Below are positions 8,231 through 16,116 of a stretch of 20,148 bases of DNA, one piece after another; within the stretch, counting starts at the first letter, position 1; every line of letters begins with the position of its first letter. This DNA comes from a virus (taxonomy: Duplodnaviria; Heunggongvirae; Uroviricota; Caudoviricetes), in IMG/VR virus record IMGVR_UViG_2541047958_000001, positions 1 through 20,148 of that record; one strand, written 5' to 3'. The notes below the pieces were generated by a model. It saw only the letters and a list, made by a program, of their open reading frames with translations. It ran no database searches and had not been told where the DNA came from. The position numbers were made by a program, and so were the translations under genes.

Positions 8231-8307
8231 TGTGACTTGCATCGCACAGCGATAACTGAAGCGAGGTCGTGGTGGTTTTTTGAACGGTTTGTGTGATGAG
8301 GGGAGGC

Positions 8308-8335
8308 AAAAGAAAACCCGGCACGACGGCCGGGG
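8308..8335 (-). terminator. Intrinsic terminator immediately 3' of the 287-aa gene
   Basis: Minus-strand hairpin CCCGGC-CGUCGU-GCCGGG followed by UUUUCUUUU, beginning 4 nt after the stop codon at 8339-8341. Confidence 0.55.
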
Positions 8336-8338
8336 AAA

Positions 8339-9202
8339 TCATTTCGCATCTACAATAAATAACCTGTTTATCTGGCCTTTTTTAACAGTAGCCTTTGCGG
8401 TTATAGTGAATACTGCAGATGGATCACCTTTGGTTGATATATATGCACTAAGAGCTCTAATATACGGGTTATTCTTCTTTCCTGCAGCTGGATCGCTAAT
8501 TTCAGCAGTGATTCTCTTTTTTGAGTCATCACCATCTAAAATTATTTTAGCTGTCATATTTTGTGCATCAAATTCTGTAAGAAAAGCACGATACTCACGA
8601 AGACCGAGAACTTCATCATCATCAAGCCTATCAATTTCAGCTTTATCTCTCTCGTTAACTTTTAGAAGGCAGCCGTCAACATTTGTTGCAACACTTATCT
8701 GATCGCAAGTATTACCAATAGGTGATACTGCCTGCCTTACAGAGGGGCGAAGCTCTACAGCCATTCGGTCAATCAAAGAGATCAACTTATCAATGGTTCC
8801 AGCATCCTTGTTTCCTAGTGCCTCTATGGCCTTTTCAAGTGACTGCTGCAAAGCTTTCATTTCATCTTTCTTGTTAGAATTTCTCGCAAAAATATATTGT
8901 AGTATTGCGCCAAGTATAGTTGCGGCGATCCCCGAGAACAACTGGTTCTGAGTGGCGAAGTTAAGAACTGCTTCAAGAGTAAAGCAGTTAGCTTTTGCTT
9001 CGCGTGCGTAAACCTTAACTTCCTGATAATTAATGTATTTACTATATTTTTGTGTAACAGAGAAAGAAGCTGCTGTTGAGAGAACTTTAGAAAAACCCTT
9101 TAGGGATTCTCCTAGGCAGTTCAAATCTATTTCATGATTTAAAGCATCTTTTCCGTCATACCTAAGAGAGATTTTTATATCCTGTAAAGCGTCACAATCC
9201 AT
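8339..9202 (-). CDS. Orphan 287-aa protein of unknown function in the immunity-region moron slot (rexAB-equivalent position)
   Basis: Co-oriented with and 66 bp downstream of cI, followed by its own terminator and then oL/pL; clearly more AT-rich than the flanking phage genes; one central hydrophobic helix ([18 protein letters not shown]) followed by a charged coiled-coil-like segment; no family recognised. Confidence 0.7.
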   Translation of the reverse strand: MDCDALQDIKISLRYDGKDALNHEIDLNCLGESLKGFSKVLSTAASFSVTQKYSKYINYQEVKVYAREAKANCFTLEAVLNFATQNQLFSGIAATILGAILQYIFARNSNKKDEMKALQQSLEKAIEALGNKDAGTIDKLISLIDRMAVELRPSVRQAVSPIGNTCDQISVATNVDGCLLKVNERDKAEIDRLDDDEVLGLREYRAFLTEFDAQNMTAKIILDGDDSKKRITAEISDPAAGKKNNPYIRALSAYISTKGDPSAVFTITAKATVKKGQINRLFIVDAK

Positions 9203-9268
9203 AAATCGCTCTCGTCTAATTCTAATTAAATTTACTATCCCCTAAACGACTCATCAGCACAGTACTGA

Positions 9269-9958
9269 TTATCCATGTTTCCTGTACGTCTGGGGCATGC
9301 TCCCAATAACCTTACCGAAGATGAACACCCGGTTCATCTCGTCTTTCTCGATCGGGTCCCACGGTGAGTAGCTCTTGTTATCAGAGATAACCAGCAGCTT
9401 ATCCTTCATCATTTGCAGGCGCTTTACATGGGCTGTGTCGTCGTACAGAAACGCATAGATACCATCACCGTCGAAAGATTTAACCGTGATATCAACGAAC
9501 AGCAGATCACCTGGTTCGATCGTTCCTGACATGCTGTCACCACGCACGTTAATGATGCGGATATTTTCCGCCTTCCTACCATCGAACATGTGACGAGCAT
9601 CGTCAAACGAGTACTCAACCGAGCGTAGAACTTCTACAAACTCACGGTTGATGACTCCCGGCCCAGCACTGACTTCTATATCAAGAACGTCAATCTTGAA
9701 GTATTTGGAATGGCTGACAGTTGATTGTATTGGTTGCACTGTACTGTCTGACATATTTCCAACGCCAGAAGATAACCATTCTGCGCGCACACCCAAAGCG
9801 TTCGCGATCTCCACGATTTTAGTTGTTTGATTAGCTTTCCCTGTTTCGATTTTCTGAATAGCAGCCTGGCTAACCCCGACCAAATCCCCAAGCGCCTTTT
9901 GTGTAAGGCCTCGCGCTAATCTGGCTTCTTTAAGTCTTTCTGAGAGTGTTGTTTTCAT
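9269..9958 (-). CDS. cI: CI-type prophage repressor (HTH_XRE N-domain plus S24 LexA-like autopeptidase C-domain), 229 aa
   Basis: HTH LTQKALGDLVGVSQAAIQKIETGK; Ala-Gly cleavage site in EVSAGPG; Ser nucleophile in RGDSMSGT and Lys in HVKRL. Start taken at ATG 9958 (MKTTLSERL...), because the ORF-track extension to 10024 runs through the operator/promoter region. Confidence 0.85.
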   Translation of the reverse strand: MKTTLSERLKEARLARGLTQKALGDLVGVSQAAIQKIETGKANQTTKIVEIANALGVRAEWLSSGVGNMSDSTVQPIQSTVSHSKYFKIDVLDIEVSAGPGVINREFVEVLRSVEYSFDDARHMFDGRKAENIRIINVRGDSMSGTIEPGDLLFVDITVKSFDGDGIYAFLYDDTAHVKRLQMMKDKLLVISDNKSYSPWDPIEKDEMNRVFIFGKVIGSMPQTYRKHG

Positions 9959-10062
9959 AGTCCAAATGTACAACCAAGGTTTTATTCCATCAAACGAAAA
10001 TGGTTGTTGACTAAAAACAACCATAGTTTTAATCTTGATTCAAATTAACCACGGAGGTTGTT
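9959..10062 (+). promoter_or_regulatory. oR/pR/pRM-like divergent control region
   Basis: Perfect 9-bp-arm inverted repeat ATGGTTGTT-N7-AACAACCAT (10000-10024) overlapping a rightward promoter: -35 TTGACT (10007-10012), 17-nt spacer, -10 TAATCT (10030-10035), then GGAGG SD (10053-10057) 5 nt before the cro ATG. Confidence 0.6.
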
Positions 10063-10293
10063 ATGAACCCAGCTATCAAAACAGCGATCAATATCGTTGG
10101 TTCACAAAAGAAACTGGGCGCTGCTTGCGAAGTTTCACAGCAGGCCGTCTATAAGTGGCTTCACAACAAAGCAAAGGTATCCCCTGAACATGTCGGCAGC
10201 ATTGTTACGGCTACTGGTGGAGTAGTGAAGGCATACCAGATTCGCCCGGATCTTCCGAAGTTGTTTCCACACACCGAAAAGAACGCAGCTTAA
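10063..10293 (+). CDS. cro: Cro-like HTH regulator (76 aa)
   Basis: Divergent from cI across the operator region; helix-turn-helix (KKLGAACEVSQQAVYKWLHN); strong SD. Confidence 0.8.
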   Translation: MNPAIKTAINIVGSQKKLGAACEVSQQAVYKWLHNKAKVSPEHVGSIVTATGGVVKAYQIRPDLPKLFPHTEKNAA

Positions 10294-10305
10294 ATTTCCA
10301 TTTCA

Positions 10306-10318
10306 CGCTCTTTAACAA
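10306..10318 (+). promoter_or_regulatory. boxA-like element (CGCTCTTTAACAA) in the cro to cII-position intergenic region; nutR-like
   Basis: Matches the boxA consensus CGCTCTT(T)A and the rrn-type extension AACAA; I could not find a convincing boxB hairpin downstream. Confidence 0.3.
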
Positions 10319-10362
10319 TAAGCAATCAACTTAACAGTCAATTCAAACTAAAGGAGTCAATT

Positions 10363-10902
10363 ATGCAACCACTTACATACCAACAGACTAGCGGATTTAG
10401 CCCGACTGCGGTGATAAATCGTTCTCAAACAAAACAGGTGCCAGGCCACGAAAAAATCCGTGATGCCGTCCGCGCCTGGTCGGCTGTAGATAATCAGGAT
10501 GTCGTTGCCACACTCATTGTGAATGAGTATCGGGAGCAGGGCGGCGGCACCATCGATTTCCCTGATGATGTCAGCCGTGCACGCCAGAAGCTGTTCCGCT
10601 TCCTCGATAACAAATTCGATTCTGAAAAATACCGAAATAACGTGCGTGAACTGACCCCGGCAATTCTGGCGGTACTACCGCTGGAATATCGCGGTTACCT
10701 GGTTGAGCAGGATAGCTTCATGGCTAGGTTGGCTGAAATGGAAAAGGAACTCAGTGAGGCAAAACAGGCTGTCATTCTCAACGCACCACGCCACCAGAAA
10801 CTGAAGGAAATTAGTGAAGGTATTGTGTCGATGTTTCGTGTGGACCCAGATCTGGCTGGTCCATTGATGGCGATGGTTACTACCATGCTGGGGGCGATAT
10901 GA
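10363..10902 (+). CDS. CII-position regulator, 179 aa (CII/CP76/YdaT-like)
   Basis: Position immediately after cro, AAAGGAG SD; family assignment by position and size only, from memory. Confidence 0.5.
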   Translation: MQPLTYQQTSGFSPTAVINRSQTKQVPGHEKIRDAVRAWSAVDNQDVVATLIVNEYREQGGGTIDFPDDVSRARQKLFRFLDNKFDSEKYRNNVRELTPAILAVLPLEYRGYLVEQDSFMARLAEMEKELSEAKQAVILNAPRHQKLKEISEGIVSMFRVDPDLAGPLMAMVTTMLGAI

Positions 10903-10988
10903 CAGGTTCAGAAATGGCGAAAGCCGGTCTGCTGGAACAGAACCGACTTTCAGGTGCAAATCGTAACACACTCATTGCGGGAGGAATT

Positions 10989-11918
10989 ATGGCAAACACT
11001 GCTGAGATATTCAATTTTCCAGTGCCGGATGCGGCACAAAAGGAGCCGCGCGTGGCAGATCTCGATGATGGTTATACGCGCATTGCAAATGAGTTGCTGG
11101 AAGCTGTGATGCTGGCCGGATTAACACAGCACCAGCTTCTGGTCTTCCTAGCTGTCATGCGCAAAACATATGGCTTTAATAAAAAACTGGATTGGGTGAG
11201 CAACGAGCAACTGTCCGAATTGACCGGGATATTGCCGCACAAGTGTTCTGCTGCAAAAAGTGTTCTGGTAAAGCGTGGGATTCTTATTCAGAGCGGGCGG
11301 AATACCGGCATTAATAATGTGGTCAGTGAATGGTCAACATTACCCGAATCAGGTAAGAAAAATAAAGTTTACCTGAAAGAGGTAAATTTACCTGAATCAG
11401 GTAAAAAAAGTTTACCCAAATCAGGTAAAGACGTTTACCCGAATCAGGTAAACACAAAAGACAAACTAACAAAAGACAATATAAAACCTTTTTCGTCCGA
11501 GAATTCTGGCGAATCCTCTGACCAGCCAGAAAACGACCTTCCTGTGGAGAAACCAGATGCTGCAATTCAGAGCGGCAGCAGGTGGGGGACAGCAGAAGAC
11601 CTGACCGCCGCAGAGTGGATGTTTGACATGGTGAAGACCATCGCGCCATCAGCCAGAAAACCGAATTTTGCAGGGTGGGCTAACGATATCCGCCTGATGC
11701 GTGAACGTGACGGACGTAACCACCGCGACATGTGCGTGCTGTTCCGCTGGGCATGCCAGGACAACTTCTGGTCCGGTAACGTGCTAAGTCCGGCCAAACT
11801 CCGCGACAAGTGGACCCAACTCGAAATCAACCGTAACAAGCAACAGGCAGGCGTGACAGCTAGCAAACCAAAACTCGACCTGACAAACACAGACTGGATT
11901 TACGGGGTGGATCTATGA
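10989..11918 (+). CDS. O: Replication initiator O (lambda O family)
   Basis: N-terminal domain DLDDGYTRIANELLEAVMLAGLTQHQLLVFLAVMRKTYGFNKKLDWVSNEQLSELTG resembles the lambda O DNA-binding domain; ori iterons embedded in the linker-coding part; ATG at 10989 with GAGGA SD (the ORF track extends upstream to 10899). Confidence 0.85.
   Translation: MANTAEIFNFPVPDAAQKEPRVADLDDGYTRIANELLEAVMLAGLTQHQLLVFLAVMRKTYGFNKKLDWVSNEQLSELTGILPHKCSAAKSVLVKRGILIQSGRNTGINNVVSEWSTLPESGKKNKVYLKEVNLPESGKKSLPKSGKDVYPNQVNTKDKLTKDNIKPFSSENSGESSDQPENDLPVEKPDAAIQSGSRWGTAEDLTAAEWMFDMVKTIAPSARKPNFAGWANDIRLMRERDGRNHRDMCVLFRWACQDNFWSGNVLSPAKLRDKWTQLEINRNKQQAGVTASKPKLDLTNTDWIYGVDL
11340..11495 (+). repeat. Replication origin: five iterons TTTACCYRAAWSAGGTAA (starting 11340, 11368, 11387, 11411, 11434) followed by an A-rich tract
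   Basis: Five direct repeats, each an internal inverted repeat TTACC...GGTAA, spaced 19-28 bp, inside the O coding sequence, followed by ACACAAAAGACAAACTAACAAAAGACAATATAAAACC. Confidence 0.75.
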
Positions 11919-12133
11919 AAAACATCGCCGCACAGATGATTAACTTTGACCGTGAGCAGATGCGTCGGATCGCCAACAACATGCCGGAACAGTACGACGA
12001 AAAGCCGCAGGTACAGCAGGTAGCGCAGATCATCAATGGTGTGTTCAGCCAGTTACTGGCAACTTTCCCGGCGAGCCTGGCTACCAAAGGTGGGAAGCTG
12101 GAACTGACCATCACTGAACTGGGAGATGAATGA
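11915..12133 (+). pseudogene. Remnant of replication protein P (first ~57 codons lambda P-like, then 15 unrelated codons and stop)
   Basis: MKNIAAQMINFDREQMRRIANNMPEQYDEKPQVQQVAQIINGVFSQLLATFPASLA matches the lambda P N-terminus (from memory); lambda P is about 233 aa and the ORF here ends at 72 aa. Confidence 0.6.
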
Positions 12134-12270
12134 TGTTTGAGTCTTATATGGCAGAACGTCTTCGCCGCCGCTGGGTGCGCCTGCGCTTATATCGTTTCCC
12201 CGGTTCTGTTTTGACCGATTACCGAATACTGAAGAGTTACGCCAAAACCCTGACAGGAGCAGGAGTATGA
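12130..12270 (+). CDS. Small basic protein, 46 aa (YlcG-like)
   Basis: ATG overlapping the P-remnant stop; MMFESYMAERLRRRWVRLRLYRFPGSVLTDYRILKSYAKTLTGAGV; lies just upstream of Q, as ylcG does in DLP12-type prophages (from memory). Confidence 0.4.
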   Translation: MMFESYMAERLRRRWVRLRLYRFPGSVLTDYRILKSYAKTLTGAGV

Positions 12271-12355
12271 AGTCAGAGATAACAATCAACTAATACTGTT
12301 TTGTTGATTTTTGCTTGTAATTGGCGTTTTGGTCTGATTTTTGTGGAGTAAGTTG

Positions 12356-12739
12356 ATGCGTGATATTCAGATGGTTCTTGAGCGTTGGGGAGCGTGGGCG
12401 GCTAATAATCATGAAGATGTGACCTGGTCGTCCATTGCCGCCGGTTTTAAGGGATTAATTCCTTCAAAAGTAAAATCTCGCCCGCAATGTTGTGACGATG
12501 ACGCGATGATCATTTGCGGGTGCATGGCCCGTCTGAAAAAGAACAACAGCGATTTGCACGATTTATTAGTAGATTATTATATAGTCGGTATGACATTCAT
12601 GTCACTGGCAGGTAAGCATTGCTGCTCTGATGGTTATATCGGGAAAAGGTTACAAAAGGCTGAGGGCATAATTGAAGGGATGTTAATGGCATTAGATATC
12701 CGGTTAGAGATGGATATCGTTGTTAATAACTCTAATTAA
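12356..12739 (+). CDS. Q: Late-gene antiterminator Q (phage 21/82 / QuuD type), 127 aa
   Basis: ATG at 12356 with GGAG SD; Cys-rich zinc-binding region ([12 protein letters not shown] ... HCC); last gene before the late/lysis region. Confidence 0.8.
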   Translation: MRDIQMVLERWGAWAANNHEDVTWSSIAAGFKGLIPSKVKSRPQCCDDDAMIICGCMARLKKNNSDLHDLLVDYYIVGMTFMSLAGKHCCSDGYIGKRLQKAEGIIEGMLMALDIRLEMDIVVNNSN

Positions 12740-12772
12740 TACGCCAATTATTTACTAAAAGTTATTAAAAAT

Positions 12773-12912
12773 GGGGCGTTGAAGCGCCCCCAAAAATAAA
12801 GGGTAATATATAACAGAAGGTTTGTATAGTTAGAAGCAAGGTTGTGCTTCTAAAGGAAGTGGCTTGAGGGAGCCACTTATATGTTGGGGAGGCAAAGCCT
12901 CCCACAACATAT
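12773..12912. terminator. Cluster of four stem-loops between convergent Q and porin genes (12773-12790 with U-run on the minus strand; 12832-12851; 12857-12878; 12879-12912)
   Basis: GGGGCG-N6-CGCCCC followed on the minus strand by AUUUUU; long near-perfect palindrome ATATGTTGGGGAGGC-AAA-GCCTCCCACAACATAT followed on the plus strand by CUUUU; probably porin 3' UTR and terminators. Confidence 0.45.
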
Positions 12913-12927
12913 CTTTTAGTAATCAAA

Positions 12928-14010
12928 TTAGAACTGGTAAACCATACCTACAGCAACGATATCATCGGTAGCAACGCCAGATGCTTTCGTGAAATCGCTC
13001 TTATCAATCAGGTTGATTTTGTAGTCAACAAAAGTGGACATATTTTTGTTGAAGTAATAGGTTGCACCTACATCAACATATTCAACCAGGTCCTGATCAC
13101 CCCAAACACCCAAGTCTTTTCCTTTAGAATGCAGGTAAGCAACGGATGGACGCAGGCCGAAGTCGAACTGATATTGTGCAACAGCTTCGAAGTTTTGTGC
13201 TTTGTTGGCAATATGGTTATTACCAAAAACAGTCATGTTCTGGGTTTCAGAATAGGTGGTGGCCAGATAGATGTTGTTCGCATCATATTTCAGACCAGCT
13301 GCCCATACTTCAGCATTTTGACCAGAAGCATTCAGACCGTTGTTACCGTAGATAACCTGATTATTAGTGCGATCAGATTTAGCATAGGTTGCACCCACGC
13401 CGAATCCTTCATACTCATAAGTAGTTGAGAAACCGAAACCATCGCCATTAGCTTCAGTTACTTCATTTCGGTCATTTTTGCCCTGATACTGAGCTGCAAA
13501 GTTCAGGCCATCAACCAGACCAAAGAAGTCGTTGTTACGATAAGTTGCAACACCTGTGGTGCGACCAGTCATGAATACATCTGTTTGGGTCCAAGTATCG
13601 CCACCGAATTCTGGCAGAACGTCGGTCCATGCACCAATATCGTATGCTACACCGTAGTTACGGCCATAATCGATGGAGCCGTAGTCACCGAATTTCAGGC
13701 CAGCGAAGGCAAGACGGGTTTTATCTTTGGAGGAACCTTGAGATTCAGCGCGGTTGCCTTTGAATTCATATTCCCACTGACCGAAACCAGTCAGTTGATC
13801 GTTGATTTGGGTTTCACCTTTGAAGCCAAGACGGGCATAAGTAGTATCACCATCATCTGCATCATTAGAGGAGAAGTAGTGCTTAGCATTAACTTTCCCG
13901 TACAGATCCAGCTTGTTACTGTCTTTATTATAAATTTCAGCTGCCTGAGCAGACATCGCCATCAGTACTGATGCAGCTACAGCAGAAATTGCCACTGTTA
14001 ATTTTTTCAT
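12928..14010 (-). CDS. nmpC: General diffusion porin of the OmpC/OmpF/PhoE family (NmpC/Lc-type, phage-borne moron), 360 aa with signal peptide
   Basis: Signal peptide [29 protein letters not shown]; beta-barrel sequence with C-terminal ...VAVGMVYQF; sits between Q and the holin on the opposite strand. Confidence 0.9.
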   Translation of the reverse strand: MKKLTVAISAVAASVLMAMSAQAAEIYNKDSNKLDLYGKVNAKHYFSSNDADDGDTTYARLGFKGETQINDQLTGFGQWEYEFKGNRAESQGSSKDKTRLAFAGLKFGDYGSIDYGRNYGVAYDIGAWTDVLPEFGGDTWTQTDVFMTGRTTGVATYRNNDFFGLVDGLNFAAQYQGKNDRNEVTEANGDGFGFSTTYEYEGFGVGATYAKSDRTNNQVIYGNNGLNASGQNAEVWAAGLKYDANNIYLATTYSETQNMTVFGNNHIANKAQNFEAVAQYQFDFGLRPSVAYLHSKGKDLGVWGDQDLVEYVDVGATYYFNKNMSTFVDYKINLIDKSDFTKASGVATDDIVAVGMVYQF

Positions 14011-14438
14011 CGTGAGCCCTTTTTTTTGAACTATTATTAAAAAATGATGTCACTGCGCGATAAATATTCATCTAATCAATGTGATTATTTCAAGATGTAA
14101 GTTTTGGTTTCTCGTTTGATTTGTGAAGTAGATCTCTATTTTTATCTGAACTTTTTTCTATCGAATCCTATTCATAGCTCTTGGCTGAATAAAAATAAAT
14201 CTATTAGCCAATTTATATTAACGGTTGTTATTTATAAGTGCTCTATAATTTGAAGGTTCAATTTAAATTGGCTAAAAATAACACTGGAAATTATTTGTTG
14301 GTTATTTGTTGAGATTTGCTTATGTATTTGTAGTGGTGTTTTCAATACTCGGTAGCATTCTCGCAAATATCATTTAGTGGTTTACGTACGTAAAAAATTG
14401 GTTATGCTGTTAAGAGTGGTTACTTCGTCACACAGCTT

Positions 14439-14471
14439 AAACCCGCCGTCGAGCGGGTTTTTCCATTTTTT
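14439..14471 (+). terminator. tR'-like intrinsic terminator upstream of the lysis genes
   Basis: AAACCCGC-CGTCGA-GCGGGTTT hairpin followed by TTCCATTTTTT, about 110 nt upstream of the holin start; position consistent with the Q-modified terminator of the late operon. Confidence 0.5.
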
Positions 14472-14583
14472 GAGTCTCGATATTAGCTGATAACCCAATA
14501 CCTGAGTTATTCACTGACTCCGAGTCTGTTACGTTTCGTAGTATTCCCTCAATTTACACCCGCTTTGTCTGCGAGGTGGGGTT

Positions 14584-14799
14584 ATGAAATCCATGGATAA
14601 GTTAACAACGGGTGTCGCCTATGGCACCTCAGCAGGTAGTGCCGGGTACTGGTTTTTACAGTTGCTCGATAAAGTCACGCCCTCACAGTGGGCGGCAATA
14701 GGTGTGCTGGGTAGTCTGGTATTTGGCCTGCTGACGTACCTGACAAACCTTTATTTCAAGATTAAAGAAGATAAGCGCAAGGCTGCGAGAGGTGAATAA
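14584..14799 (+). CDS. S: Class II holin/antiholin, phage 21 S-type pinholin (71/68 aa dual start)
   Basis: [26 protein letters not shown]...: two start Mets separated by a Lys (dual-start motif), two TM helices, charged C-terminus; GAGGTGG SD. Confidence 0.9.
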
Positions 14800-15296
14800 T
14801 GCCTCCATCATTACGAAAAGCAGTTGCTGCTGCTATTGGTGGCGGAGCAATTGCTATAGCATCAGTGTTAATCACTGGCCCAAGTGGTAACGATGGTCTG
14901 GAAGGTGTCAGCTACATACCATACAAAGATATTGTTGGTGTATGGACTGTATGCCACGGACACACCGGAAAAGACATCATGCTCGGTAAAACGTATACCG
15001 AAGCAGAATGCAAAGCCCTCCTGAATAAAGACCTTGCCACGGTCGCCAGACAAATTAACCCGTACATCAAAGTCGATATACCGGAAACAACGCGCGGCGC
15101 TCTTTACTCGTTCGTCTACAACGTGGGTGCTGGCAATTTCAGAACATCGACGCTTCTTCGCAAAATAAACCAGGGCGATATCAAAGGCGCATGTGATCAG
15201 CTACGTCGCTGGACATACGCTGGAGGTAAGCAATGGAAAGGACTGATGACTCGTCGTGAGATTGAGCGTGAAGTCTGTTTGTGGGGGCAGCAATGA
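14799..15296 (+). CDS. R: SAR endolysin (T4 lysozyme-like muramidase with N-terminal signal-anchor-release domain), phage 21 R-type
   Basis: Weakly hydrophobic Gly/Ala-rich N-terminus [20 protein letters not shown] followed by a GH24 lysozyme fold; start overlaps the holin stop. Confidence 0.9.
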   Translation: MPPSLRKAVAAAIGGGAIAIASVLITGPSGNDGLEGVSYIPYKDIVGVWTVCHGHTGKDIMLGKTYTEAECKALLNKDLATVARQINPYIKVDIPETTRGALYSFVYNVGAGNFRTSTLLRKINQGDIKGACDQLRRWTYAGGKQWKGLMTRREIEREVCLWGQQ

Positions 15297-15712
15297 GCAG
15301 AGTAACCGCGATTATCTCCGCTCTGATTATCTGCATCATCGTCTGCCTGTTATGGGCTGTTAATCATTACCGTGATAACGCCATCGCCTACAAAGAGCAG
15401 CGCGACAAAGCCGCATCCACTATCGCTGATATGCAGAAGCGTCAACGTGATGTAGCAGAACTCGACGCCAGATACACAAAGGAGCTTGCTGATGCTAACG
15501 CGACTATCGAAAGTCTTCGTGCTGATGTTTCTGCTGGGCGTAAGTGGCTGCGCGTCAAAGCTGTCTGTCCAGACATGCATAAAATCACCGCCGCCTCCGG
15601 CGTGGATGATGGCACCAGCCCCAGACTTACTGACACCGCTCAACGGGATTATTTCACCCTTAGAAAGCGGATTGAAACCAGTGATAAAATGATCCGAGGC
15701 TTGCAGCAATAA
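15293..15712 (+). CDS. Rz: Rz i-spanin
   Basis: ATG at 15293 overlapping the endolysin stop (ATGA); N-terminal TM helix [20 protein letters not shown] then a coiled-coil periplasmic domain. Confidence 0.8.
   Translation: MSRVTAIISALIICIIVCLLWAVNHYRDNAIAYKEQRDKAASTIADMQKRQRDVAELDARYTKELADANATIESLRADVSAGRKWLRVKAVCPDMHKITAASGVDDGTSPRLTDTAQRDYFTLRKRIETSDKMIRGLQQ
15486..15692 (+). CDS. Rz1: Rz1 o-spanin (lipoprotein) embedded in Rz in the +1 frame
   Basis: Lipobox LGVSGC after a hydrophobic signal peptide, proline-rich mature part ([18 protein letters not shown]), entirely inside Rz. Confidence 0.7.
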   Translation: MLMLTRLSKVFVLMFLLGVSGCASKLSVQTCIKSPPPPAWMMAPAPDLLTPLNGIISPLESGLKPVIK

Positions 15713-16116
15713 ATTCGCACGCAGTGTGTAAGATGAGCAATCTTTGCTAATTAGCCATGAAATAGATAAATATCAGGCCAACGATGATTAGTGCCAGGCA
15801 TCCTAATTGGTCAGAATGGCTGGCATTTGATCGTCTTGCTCTTCTTGCAGTTGATTGGACAGCCCTCTGTCCTCGACTTCCTCTTGGCATTCCTCTCATT
15901 TATTCTCTCTCAACATTGATATTGAACTGACAGATGATAATGATTTCATGAAAGTGGTATCTCGTTGATTTGATTACGCTACATAGTCGCCGGATTTTCG
16001 CATTTATCGGCATCGGGCGGTGCAAAATTGGCATAATCGAAACGTAGAGTTTTTGGCTGACAACAGCATTAGCGGTCACCCGGAGAGTGTTGTGAACATG
16101 TTAATTACATGACGCT

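Noticed and set aside
8280-8702. 140-aa plus-strand ORF (TTG start) overlapping the 3' part of the 287-aa gene and its terminator
   Set aside because: Antisense to a better-supported gene, non-ATG start inside a terminator hairpin, no SD, and a low-complexity Ser/Leu-rich tail; treated as spurious.
10306-10362. A complete nutR site (boxA plus boxB)
   Set aside because: Only the boxA-like element is convincing; no boxB-type stem-loop was found by eye, so a full nut site is not claimed.
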